Source of the DNA: Octopus sinensis
Taxonomy: Eukaryota
NCBI RefSeq assembly: GCF_006345805.1
Contig: NC_043012.1
Location: 28,396,001 to 28,460,000, forward strand
Length of the DNA stretch: 64,000 bases
Reading direction: 5' to 3'
Below are positions 26,400-38,921 of this stretch, one piece after another; position 1 is the first letter of the stretch; each line of letters starts with the position of its first letter. The notes under the pieces were generated by a model. That model saw only the letters and a list, made by a program, of their open reading frames with translations. It made no database searches and was not told the origin of the DNA. Position numbers and translations under genes: made by a program.

Positions 26400-27196
26400 T
26401 CCAGGTTTGATTTCTTTATTGCACAAATATTACATTTGAATTTTGCAATTCTGAAAAAGAAAATTTAGTAGCAAAGGCACAACGGCAGAGAGAAAGAAGA
26501 GCAAGTGAATCAGATGAAACCAGGGCATAGCGACTGAAACAGATGTCTGAATATGCACGGAGACGTAGACATGACTCTGTTTCCGCTATACATGAGCGAC
26601 TGGTTAGCGTATCTCGAGAGGAGAATATTACACTGAGAGGAGAATATTACTTGTGCCAGATCACAAATTGTTGATGCAACAAATTGTTGATATTTTCTTT
26701 GGGATCACATGGCAGTAGTGGAGTTGACAACCAATCTAAGATTTCTTACAGAAGGTCATTCTGATGAAAGAGAGTTTGCTAAATACCTTCTTCATGTAGG
26801 AAAAGGCAATATTTCTGTTGAACAAAGCCTTGGTGAATTCAAAATCAAACTCCCCTATGACCTTTGCCTTGAAAGTTGTGCTCTTGAAGGATCAACTCTG
26901 CGAATCCCAAGAATACCACATGTATCTCAAGAAATGGAATTTCCATTCACATCTACACGCAATTTCCTGTCAAGCCAGCTTTTGGCTGTGTGTGGTTGCT
27001 CGTATAGTAGCAAGGCACAGGGACAGGGACTTTTGAACACATTGGAATATATTTTCCGACACAATTCTTCTCACATGATTAGCTGTATGTTGCATTATCT
27101 AAAGTTCGAAGGAATACTAATGTAAAAACATTGGCTGAGAGAAATGGAGACAGTATGATTACTGACAATTTTGTCTACAAGGAGGTGCTGCTCTGA
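26400..27196 (+). mobile_element. Internally deleted Helitron (PIF1 helicase remnant)
   Basis: LWDHMAVVELTTNLRF..EFAKYLLHVGKG; IPRIP; RNFPVKPAF; SKAQGQTFEHIGIYF..FSHD.LYVALSKVR; DNFVYKEVL*. These motifs are frameshifted and the central helicase is missing. Confidence 0.85.
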
Positions 27197-27403
27197 AACA
27201 AAATATGCGTTTTTGCAAGTTTCAGTACATAGAATTAACTCATAAATTATATGTAAAGTAATATATTTGTGAGGAATTAAATTGTTTTGGTATATTTCAA
27301 TACATGCTGGATGAATGATATCGTTATATTAGATCATTTTAAATTTGGGTATATTTGAAAAAGTAAGGAAACATCATCCCTATGTGTTCTCATATCACCA
27401 AAC

Positions 27404-27434
<31 letters not shown>

Positions 27435-27659
27435 CGTCCGTCCGGCCATCCTTCCATCCATCCACCCATCCACACTTGGTCTTTCTGTGGTCTTTCTGTT
27501 AGTAATAATAATAGACTTTCCCGTCGAAGACGATGCATGAGCGTTCAACTTTTTTCGAACGATCTGCACAAAGGATTTGTTTATAGGGATCAAATGTATG
27601 TGTTATACATAAGCTCAGTCTCTCCATCAAATCAACGTTATCTGAACAGGTGCACGATT

Positions 27660-27740
27660 TACCACGCGTCAGGTGTCGAAGTGATCGCATAGCAACATGA
27701 GATCGTGAGCGCAACACTCTAACCACTAAGCCATGCATCG

Positions 27741-27742
<2 letters not shown>
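27660..27742 (-). mobile_element. SINE family C head fragment
   Basis: Minus strand ATGGCTTAGTGGTTAGAGTGTTGCGCTCACGATC matches the head at 57693. Confidence 0.6.
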
Positions 27743-27813
<71 letters not shown>

Positions 27814-27946
27814 TAAAGGATTGATGTTACTTCTTTAAATATTACCAAAATGAAGAAGATTGAGATGTTATTTTGAACTTATGGAAGACACACGAAATGT
27901 CGAAATATTGTTCATTCGATAACAGTCGCAATCTTCTTATTGTTTC

Positions 27947-28008
<62 letters not shown>

Positions 28009-28010
28009 CA

Positions 28011-28235
28011 ACGGTTTCAAATTTTGGCACAAGGCCCGTAATTTTTCGGGGAGGGGTTAAGTCGATTACATCAACCCTAGTGTTCAACTGTTACTAAATT
28101 TGGTGGTGGTGGTGGTAGGGGACTAGTCGATTACATCGACCCCAGTATTTCACTTGTATTTAAATTGGGGTCAACGTAATCGACTCATTCCCTCCCCAAA
28201 AATGGCTGACCTGTGGCAAAATTTGAAACCATTAT
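28011..28235 (-). mobile_element. SINE family B 3' modules (two partial copies)
   Basis: GGTTTCAAATTTTGGCACAAGG..GTCGATTACATC..CCCAGT..; flanked by (ATT)n. Confidence 0.6.
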
Positions 28236-28272
28236 TATTATTAAATTATTAAATATTTATTATATATATATA

Positions 28273-28381
<109 letters not shown>

Positions 28382-28418
28382 ATGCATATGTGTATATATT
28401 TATATATATATATATGTG

Positions 28419-28588
28419 TATGTAACAAAAGAAAAACAGGACGCAAAGGATTTTGCGGTACATATGTTTCGGGCTTTATTGAACAACTTATTCTTATATC
28501 AATGCATTCTTATAGAATAAGTTGCTCAATAAAGCCCGAAACATATGTACCGCAAAATCCTTTACGTCCTGTTTTTCTTTTGATACAT
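28419..28588. repeat. Fold-back palindrome containing the 3' half of a hammerhead
   Basis: Arms are about 28419-28496 and 28511-28588. Each arm carries GCCC-GAAAC-ATAT-GTA-CCGC, the same family as 58434-58729. Confidence 0.85.
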
Positions 28589-28650
28589 ATATCCTATCAC
28601 CTATACAGGTGCTTACATTTATCAAGTATTCACCCTGAATTTATTGTACC

Positions 28651-28719
<69 letters not shown>

Positions 28720-28817
28720 TCCCACTGCATGGCACCTTGGGCAAGTGTCTTCTACTGTAGCCTCGCGCCGACCAGGCTACAGTAGAAGACACTTGCCCAA
28801 GGTGCCACGCAGTGGGA

Positions 28818-28857
<40 letters not shown>

Positions 28858-28930
28858 TACAATAAATTCAGGGTGAATACTTGATAAATGTAAGCACCTG
28901 TATAGGTGATAGGATATATGTATCAAAAGA
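28576..28930. repeat. Nested palindrome: outer 75-bp arms, (TA)n, inner SINE-half hairpin
   Basis: Outer arms 28576-28650 and 28856-28930. Inner arms 28717-28763 and 28774-28820 come from the family A SINE head. Confidence 0.9.
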
Positions 28931-28945
28931 TACATATATATATAT

Positions 28946-29022
<77 letters not shown>

Positions 29023-29055
29023 TGTGTGTGTGTGTGTTGTGTGTGTGTGTGTGTG

Positions 29056-29088
<33 letters not shown>

Positions 29089-29144
29089 TGTGTAAGTGTG
29101 TGTGTGTGTGTGTATGTCTGTGTAAGTGTGTGTGTGTGTGTGTG

Positions 29145-29350
29145 TCTGTGTTTGTCTCCCTAACATTACTCGACAACCGATGGTGGTGCGTTTACGTCCC
29201 CGTAAACTAGCGGTTCGGCAAAGGAGACCGATAGAATAAGTACTAGGTTTACAAAGAATAAGCCCTGGGGTCGATTTGACCGACTAAAGGCGGTGCTCCA
29301 GCATGGCCGCAGTCAAAATGGCTGAAACAAGTAAAAGTGTAAAAGAATAA
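29145..29350 (+). mobile_element. SINE family A 3' module
   Basis: Matches 20960-21167. Confidence 0.8.
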
Positions 29351-29352
29351 AA

Positions 29353-29391
<39 letters not shown>

Positions 29392-30371
29392 AGATAGAGA
29401 GAGAGAGAGAGAGAAAGAGAGAGGGAGAGAGGGAGAGAGAAAGAGGAGAGAAAAAAGTGTGTGTCTGTGTGTATTTATATGTCTGCGTTTGTGTCTGTAA
29501 TGTTTACTTAATGTGTAGGAGTTATCTTTCAGGAGCACCCATGTTTTGGACGAATTCTATTGTTTAACTCACTGTACAGATATAACGATTTTCTTTCGTA
29601 CATTCTCATTTTGAAAATGCGAAATTAGTTCATAACTGTCACGTGATGGATAAGTGACAGGAAGATGTCGTCAGCATTGTTATCTCTTTTTAAAGTTAGC
29701 TGGTAGAACGTCTGACTGAAGTTTCGGTCTGTTACTAACGTTAATTCACCAAAAGTGACAACTTCATTTTCTAAAGCATATTACTATGCCTTTTATGAAT
29801 TATTTTTAAAACAATTTTTTTTTCTAAACAAATTGTAAGGTTGCATTTTTGTTAAATTCATTCTACTCTCCTTTTTTTTATTTCGATCTCCATGCACTAT
29901 GCTGACATTTAATAAATTTTCTAATATAATTTAATAAATTTTGCACTGAAGAGAATATACTTTCATTTTACAATGTCAAGCAATAATTTAGAAATATCAT
30001 CTCAACTCCTGTATATGTCAAGATAAAAACGAATAAGAAAATTAAGCAAAAAAATTCCTATTCGTGTATGAGTAAGCTTACAGTTATTTATTTATATATT
30101 TTTACTTTTACGCCTACCTGTTTTGAGCGGAGCGGCTATCCTAAAGTTTAGACGTTTTACGCTCACAAATATCTACCACACCTTCATTTGAATTTTGTAT
30201 AAATCTGTTCGTAGTTACTAATTCTGACTCATGTCTTCCAGCTGGTACTTTAGGAAGTGTGTGGTATCGATTCACAGGATAAGTATTTCTTTTTGTTGTT
30301 GCAAGCATAACAATAATAAACGTGATAAACATTGTACAGTTTGGTTACGGTCGGCGAATATAAATATATTT

Positions 30372-31002
30372 GGCATACCTACACAAGTGTGCCCTGCCCG
30401 AATTTGTTTCCTCGTAACTTCCCCAGAAATGCATATGTTTTAATGAAATTTTTTACAAATACATTTCAGATAGTGCAGATTACGATTATATAAGTTTTGA
30501 GGGTGGGAAGTTACGGAAATTCTCACGAATTGGTTTTCTTTCCTCATAACTTTTTTTAATGAAATTTTCTACAAATACTTTCAGGTGGTGTAGATTATGA
30601 TTATATCGGATTTGAAAATGAAAAAAACTAAAAGAACTACTGGCTTTGAAATTTGAAGTTTCATTTTGTGATGTGTGTCAGTATGTATGTGTGGGAGCCC
30701 TCCAATTTTTTTTCCATATAAAATTTCGATATAACTAATCTGCATCGTCTTAAAAGTGTTTGTAGAAAATCTCATTAAAAAATGTCTCTGAAAGTGATCA
30801 GGAAACACATATGACTCGTATGAGTTTTCCGAAACTTCTCTCCATATCCCCTGAAAATTTTCTTTTCATAAAAATTTCCGATAAAATCGGAATCTACACC
30901 ATCTGAAGCGTAATTGTAGAAAATGTCATTAATAACTATTCCTTTTTCTAGAAGTTATGAGAACACAAAGTCGAGTGAGGGACACACTTGCATAGGTATG
31001 CC
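30372..31002. mobile_element. 631-bp fold-back MITE with 8-bp TSD
   Basis: TIRs of about 50 bp (GGCATACCTAC/TGCAAGTGTG...). A perfect ATATATTT lies at 30364-30371 and 31003-31010. There are two direct and one inverted subterminal repeats of about 50 bp. Confidence 0.8.
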
Positions 31003-31799
31003 ATATATTTTATCCCTGCTTTATTCGATAGTGAATTAAGCATAAAAATTTGCCGACAAAGTCGCTATTCCAATAAAGATTAAAGTGGGAAGCTGCATAT
31101 TGTGATCATTTTGAGGCGAAACCTTTTCAATAACAATAACCTACTGATAACATTATCCACGATTACAATCAGCAGCATCCATTCTATTTAGAGAATAATT
31201 CCAATATGCCATCCAGATGATATACAATATTATAGATGTCTCTTAGTTTCTTGAATTAAAAAAAAATTAAAAGTAGTAAAGTTTGGAGTAATTTCAAGGA
31301 CAACTATTTTCTCTTTCGATTATCCTATTTCTGATTTTTATATTGAGTAATGTATCTCTTATAAATAAACATTACATATTTTGAGGCTAAGAATTTAATT
31401 TTCTCTCTTTAAAACCCAGTACTAGATACATCATCTGGTATAATATTGTTCTGTCAGACGTTGCCAACAGTTGTTAGAATTATTTAAATTTTAGTGAAGC
31501 ATGTTACTGTGAATCATGCAAATGTTTCGTATTTCTTGTCGACAAAATGGCGAAAGATTATTCTGAAAAATGGCAGAGGAGATGTATGTGCTGCCAGACA
31601 CATTCTACCTCGCAGCTCTTATTCTTGCATATAACAATTTCTGTTCCGATCAAACTGAGTAGGGATCAAGTTTGGGAGCCTAGGACACCGGACCTTTCCA
31701 GTTTTAGTTGGAACAGAAACCTGTTGAAAATCACTTGCAAATTCGTTAGCTTCCACCTGATTTCAGACAACTCCATGTTCTTTTATGTCTTAATTTAAA

Positions 31800-32330
31800 T
31801 GTTGATTGACAGTACTCATGATCTTTTGAAAGTATCTCCGAAACTAGCGAACAGAAAAATTGAAGGACCAAGTGTCATAGCTGCAATAGGATTAGTGTGT
31901 TATGCTCAAATCTGGGACTGTATCTGTATTGCGACTAGAGGAATCAATGCAAAGCCTATGATCCCTTTACTTGCAACACAGTGGTATTACTAAACAGAGC
32001 GACAGTTAGCCCATGTAAACATTTTCAAAAGTTTAGCACATAAATGCATATGCACCTGTCTAGACCTGCTACTATATTTTGAACACTCATACATAAAGCA
32101 GAACTCACAGATCTACACATGTACTGACGTCAAATACATGCGCATATATGCATATACATGCCCAACTGCCCTGTAGATACTGTTGAAATTCCAATGAAGT
32201 AGTCCTGGATCTAGGTGAGAGACCGGCAACCTCTCTATGGTATCAAATTTTGGTAACATATTGCACCTGAACGTCTCACAAGACTGAACATATTTACGCT
32301 TTTTAATAATTTTGAGCCTTCTGCTGATTG
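31800..32330 (-). pseudogene. Possible decayed class-A GPCR fragment (TM2-TM5)
   Basis: One minus frame with stops reads SLT*IQDYFIGIS (TM2-like D) ... SALCMSVQNIVAGLDRCICIY (DRY-like). The two D residues are 48 codons apart. Hydrophobic stretches follow. Confidence 0.3.
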
Positions 32331-35042
32331 TGTATGTCATAATCTTGCAGCCGGTTTAGCTTACGCCCAAATCCGGTGCTGATTTCAAGTGATAATCTGA
32401 CTATATTCTCCAATTTGATGAACAGTCATATATACGGCTACGTTTTTTTGATAGCAAATCATATAATCCAATTCTTAGTCAGAGATTCCATTAAAACTTA
32501 AGCATATTTAATCCGTGAAAGGGAGCTTTAAAGTGGGCGACAGGTCTGGTAGGGCTGGTTGAGTTCCCAGCAAGATTCAAAGATGAAAGTTCAATTTCCG
32601 GATGAACTTGCCCATTTAATTTCTCGTACATGCTATTTCCATCTTGAAACAGATGAATCTACCAAAATCATTGCTCTTTCAGAACACAGTACTTGAATTT
32701 CTGCCCTTTGGTAAGTAACCAAGCAAATCATTAAGGGATAGATGCTTTAAATATTTTTATCATCATTTTATGTGAGTGCATCGGGAAGGATATTCTGTTT
32801 CATAACAGTTTGCCAAACTGCTTCTCGTATTCGGCTCCTCTTGACGACTACTTATTTAGAAGACCGTTGTGCTGCCTGGCAAAAGAAACAAACGAGAACA
32901 TCAGAGTAAACTTGTTCCTAACTAAGTGGTCCAAGACTGCATATAAACTTCTGTATCTGTATGAGCGAGTGTGTGTGTGTATATGTGTGTATGAGAGAAA
33001 GAGAGAGAGAGAGAGAAAGAGAGAGAGGGGGAGAGAGAGGCTGAGACAGTGTGCGTGTATGTCTGTGTGTGAGAGAGAGTGGCTGAAACTGTGTATATGT
33101 GTGTGTGTGCTTGTGTGTATGTGTGTGTGTGCGTGCGTGCATGCGTATGTGTGCTCCCGCGCGCATTTATTTGTTTCTGTATGTCAACATTTTGTGATTT
33201 TTCTATGGTGTGTCAACACTGTCTAGTGCGTGGCAACATCGCGTTGCCTGCTGAGTAGAATAAGGGGATGTGGTGGTGTTACTAGTGGAAGTGGTAGCGG
33301 TGGTGATGATGTGTATATATGTGCATTTGTGTTTGTTTATATCTGTGTATGTATGTCTGTGTATATATGCGGTATGTGTGTGTGTGCGTTTGAGTATGTG
33401 TGAGTGTACGTGTGCGCGCCCGCGTGCGTTTTTTCAATTTACGGTGTTCGCCAAACATATGTTGTCAGTAATTGTTTTTCAGTTCTATGGTTTCATGTAT
33501 TTAATAGATGCACGTGTAATTAACTTTATGTAAGCTACACTGACAGCCGAGTTAATGAAGTCTCCTCTAAGCGTCACACCCTACTCTCTTTAAAACAAAA
33601 AACCCATTGCATATTGTAGAACGAGATACAAAATGCTATGTGTTATTGGTTGAAGAGCTCGTTTCGTAATTATGTTCCGAGTTCGATCCTATTGCGAGGC
33701 ATCTTAAGCAAGTGTCTTGGATCTACCTAAATTTCAAAGGGTCTGATTTGTATCGTGGTTGCCTTTAAGGCTAGCTTATTTTCTAATATGTCACTTTCTG
33801 GAAATGACCGTCAGTTCAAACACATCTCCGTTCATCCTTCTCTTTCGGAACAATAAGACGTACAGAGACTAGCACATATGTTCTGCTGATCTCTCATGCA
33901 ATCTCCTTCTGGTTTATGAAAGACATTTAAACAAGAAAGTAAAAAATTCTGAAAATGAGTTTATTACGGCATCATGAATATACTTTTAATTTGGTTCCTC
34001 TTAGTGTCATTCATTACATCATCTTTATATTTACATACACTAATTACATCTCAGTCTTGCCAACGAAGTAGACTATACATTACTGAAAAGGTCTAATAAG
34101 ATCGAGACGTGACTATTGCTTTCAGCATTTAACTTTAAAGACAAAATCCATTGCTACCTACTTTATTTTTATTTTCCCAAAATTTCAATGAATTGAATTT
34201 ATTAGAATTTTTTCTCGTGCGAATTGCTTTTAGATTTTAAGCACCTCATATAAGACGTTTTTGTCTCTCAGTGTAGCGTGAATAATCTCAGTGACTCGTA
34301 AACTTATTCAAATCGTTATATTACATAAGTGACACGATAGCTTTTTTGAAATGTCTACTTCCCTATTAAACCCCTTTATCTTGTCACTAGCTGCTATAAA
34401 GGGTTAGTTATAATTTCGGCTCCTACCCAGTACCTGTAAACTTTTTCTACTGTGACTGGTAGCTGTCAACATTCTCGAATATAATTACACAATAAACACC
34501 GGTTCAGTTACTGAAGATCGTTGGGTGAGGTGAGATAATGTCTACGCCAGCTAAAGGAATGTGAACTGTTGTATGACAAACGATATAACACTTAACTTGT
34601 CTATTACAAAACCTTTGACTATCACCTACACTTCCGCCATTAATCTACTGTCGCCATAACAACCATGACAATGATTACCAAAGCCACAACTACCACCAGT
34701 GTGTTTCCAAACGGTCAGTCGTCCTGCAAGAAATAGCAGCTAAATCTCGCTCATATAATACCGTACTGTCTTAAAAAAGAGCGCAACATTTAATCTAGTT
34801 CTCGATATTGCTAAGTAAGACAGATGATCAAAGTTGAGATAGGTTTGCTAAACAACAACAACAACAGAAGTACTGCAGCTGCTGCTGTACGATATAAAAT
34901 CATTACAAGAGAAACAAATGAATAAATAGATGAATATGTTGCTGGTGGGTGTCGAAAAAATAGGGGTGACAACAATATTATGTATGCATGAATGTATGTA
35001 TGCGTGTGTGTGTATGTATGTAGGCCTGTATGTATCTGTCTG

Positions 35043-35199
<157 letters not shown>

Positions 35200-36331
35200 C
35201 GTGTGTGTATGTGTGTGTGTGCCTTTTATCTTTTTCTTGATTCAACCACTAGACTACGGCCATGCTGGGGCATTGCCTTGAAAAATAAAAAAAAAAGCTT
35301 AGTACTTACTGAACCGCTAAGTTACATGTTGTGGGGAGGAGCACAAACACAGACGTGAAGACGCGCTCACACACACACACACACGTCTATATTTATGAAA
35401 AACTTTGAGAAGTTTCACATAAGTAAATTTTTGTTAAAAACGTCAGGAAAAGAGTGCTTTGAGAACTTTAACTTAACAAAGAGGTGAAAATGATTACATT
35501 TTAAACAAAAGATGCCACTATATTCTATTGTCTAGATCAAAGTGAGGAGCTGAGAAACCGGCTCAGATTAAATTAACTTTTCTGGAAGGCAGTTTTGAAA
35601 GTTCACGTGTTTTTCAAACTAAACTTTCATAGTAGTGACTGTTGATCTTCCTCCGACAGCTGTTGTAGTCCTAGATGCAATATCAGTAGCAGCAGCTGTA
35701 GTAGTGGTCCATTGTTTCTCATCGGCAATGTTTATATTAAGGTTTGATTTTTAAAGGTGAGTAGACGTATAATTGTGATGGCGATAGTGGTGGGAACAAT
35801 TGTAGTAGTCGTAGTAGTAGCTGATGTATTAAGTTGTAGTAGTAGCCGTATGTGCAACAATAGCAGGAGCGGTAACAGCAGTCCCAGCGGCCTGCAGTGT
35901 CAATAGCGCAAAGATTTAATCGATCAAATCCACCTCAGTACATATTTTAAAGCCTGTAACTCATTCTGTCTACTTCTAATAGCCGAATCACCAAGTAAAC
36001 TAGTTATACTAATAACTCAAACACAATTTTAATACTGTCTTTTAAAAAAAGAACCCCATCAGAGAAACGTAGACACCCAATGGTACCAACACAACAAGAG
36101 AAACTCAAAATAATGCAATTTTAAAATTTATCACAGTAAACATTAAGTTCACAGTTAATAAGTATACTATTCGACTTGTGAACTTTCAAAACTGTCATCA
36201 TGAAAGATTAATTTAATTTCATCTTATTCAGTTCAATTGTCCCTTATTTATTTAGATTATCATATATTATTTTAACAACTGAAACCGATAGCAGCGTTTG
36301 ATAAAAATATACCTCTCTCTCTCTTTCTCTT

Positions 36332-36426
<95 letters not shown>

Positions 36427-36660
36427 AGTGTGTGCGTGTGTGTGTGTGCGTATGTGCGTGACAATTATTCGGTAGCCATGATAAAACTCCGAGTTTCGGA
36501 TGCCAGGAAATCTACGCCGCTATCTCTTCAGTTATCCAGCCATCGGAAAAGATTCCGAGTTTTATCATGGCTACCGAATAATTGTCACATATTTACATTT
36601 CAGATAAATTCCTCTATTTACATAATATCGAGGCCTCTTTCATTCTTTTGTGGTCTTACC

Positions 36661-36698
<38 letters not shown>

Positions 36699-36740
36699 CA
36701 ATAATAATTCTCTAAATGAGATATAGACAGTAACTGCTCC

Positions 36741-36996
36741 ATAACATAAGGGACTAAAGCCATCTGAATATGGCTAGGGACGGGCAGGGTGGTGGGGGTG
36801 TTACTGTTGCATTTAGCCCCAGGCGAACATCAACGTCGCCAGATAGGCTTGACACCATGCAGGATAAAGGACACCGTGATGGTGTCAAGCCTATCTGGCG
36901 ACGTTGATGTTCGCCTGGGGCTAAATGCAACAGTAACACCCCCACCACCCTGCCTGTCCCTAGCCATATTCAGATGGCTTTAGTCCCTTATGTTAT
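36741..36996. repeat. Near-perfect palindrome with 118-bp arms and a 20-nt spacer
   Basis: 36741-36858 versus 36879-36996 show one mismatch. The right arm abuts (TA)n. Confidence 0.95.
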
Positions 36997-38404
36997 ATAT
37001 ATATATATATTATATATATATATATATAAACTAAATTAGAGATAAAACCACTATTAGGCAACTTAAACAGTGATAGACATAAACCAATATATAAATAACA
37101 AAAAATATAAATATAATTAATATAATATATAATATATAATATATATATAAAATATAAAATTTAAAATTTTAATTTTTAAAGTTTTATATTTTTTAAATTT
37201 TAAATTTTTTAAATTAAAATTTTGTTTTTTACTAACCAAAAGGTATAAAAAAGATAAATATAATATAATAAGTAAAAACACTACGTACGTGGCTATAATT
37301 AAATTCGAATTACAATTAAATTTAAATTCAATTGAAAATTCGAATTAAAATTATAGTTAATGATAATAGTTAAATAAATAAGCAAATAGAGTTAAACAAT
37401 ATTTTTAAATAAATAAATAAAATAAAATAATAATTTTTCTTATAAAAAACCTATTATCTAAATTAGAAAACTTAAAACATTAGGATTATGTCATACAACC
37501 CATTTATTATGTTAAATATTTATTTTTGAGGTAAAAAATAGATAGAAATATGTATTTATCTATTAAGATATAATATGGCTTTAAAAAACATAATAAACTC
37601 ACGAATATCGAAAACTCAGTTATAGTCCAATATCTAATTACCAAATTATTTAACAAAATAATCACTATTCATATTTTTAGATTTAAGTTCACATCTAATA
37701 ATTATAAAATATTTAAAAATAATAACTAAATTATTATCAACAAATATAGTAATTAAAATCTAAAATTTACTCTATCAATAAATATATAGACATATAATGA
37801 AAAATAAATAAATTAATTAGTCCATTATTAATACATAAATAAATTAATTAGTCCATTATTACTTACATAAATATTAAATATTAATATAATATATTTATGA
37901 AATACATTAAAAAATTAAAGATTAAAAATCAAATTGTAAAGGTATAACCTATCTTAAAAGAACCGTATAACTATTTTACGATCTATATATCTCGTTGGCT
38001 AAGTAATATCTTTGAATTCATACAGCTTGCAGTATCTGACATTTAGACTCATTTTGAAAGAGTATTATCGATACGAATTATAACATTGTGGTGGGAAAAG
38101 TAATCAGTAAAGAAAGAGAAAAAAAGTTACCATAAATTGTTCAAAAGTAACCCCCATGTCAAAAATGTAACGAGGCTTTCCTCCAACATATGTATATATT
38201 ATTTTGGTTGCAAATATATAAGTGCGTGTATATATATGATTTTGCTGACGTATAAATTTATATCTTACATTTTGCAGTTATTATTATATTAAGGTTTAAA
38301 TATATGTCATTATATTACTCTAATTCATTGTACGGAGATCCGTTTCGATTCACTTTTTGTGTTATTCTGTTACTTATTTCATTCTTTCATACATATATAA
38401 ATAA

Positions 38405-38540
38405 ATACATACATACATACATACATACATACATACATACATACACACACACACATACATACATACATACATACATACATACACACACATACATACATAC
38501 ATACATACACACACATACATACATACATACATACATACAT

Positions 38541-38575
<35 letters not shown>

Positions 38576-38676
38576 TACATACATACATACATACATACAT
38601 ACATGCATACATACATACATACATACATGCATGCATGCATACATACATACATACATACATACATACATACATACAT

Positions 38677-38707
<31 letters not shown>

Positions 38708-38879
38708 TACATACATACATACATACATACATACATACACACACACATGCATACATACATACATGCATGCATGCATGCATACATACATACATACATACAT
38801 ACATACATACATACATACATACATACATGCATGCATGCATGCATACATACATACATACATACATACATACATACATACA

Positions 38880-38908
<29 letters not shown>
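38405..38908. repeat. (ACAT)n tract of about 500 bp with CA and ATGC variants
   Basis: Direct reading. It explains the HTYI and MYVC ORFs. Confidence 0.95.
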
Positions 38909-38910
<2 letters not shown>

Positions 38911-38921
38911 GTGTGTATGTA

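Noticed and set aside
36997-37980. Mitochondrial insertion (NUMT)
   Set aside because: I could not read any mitochondrial gene, rRNA or tRNA motif; AT richness alone is insufficient.
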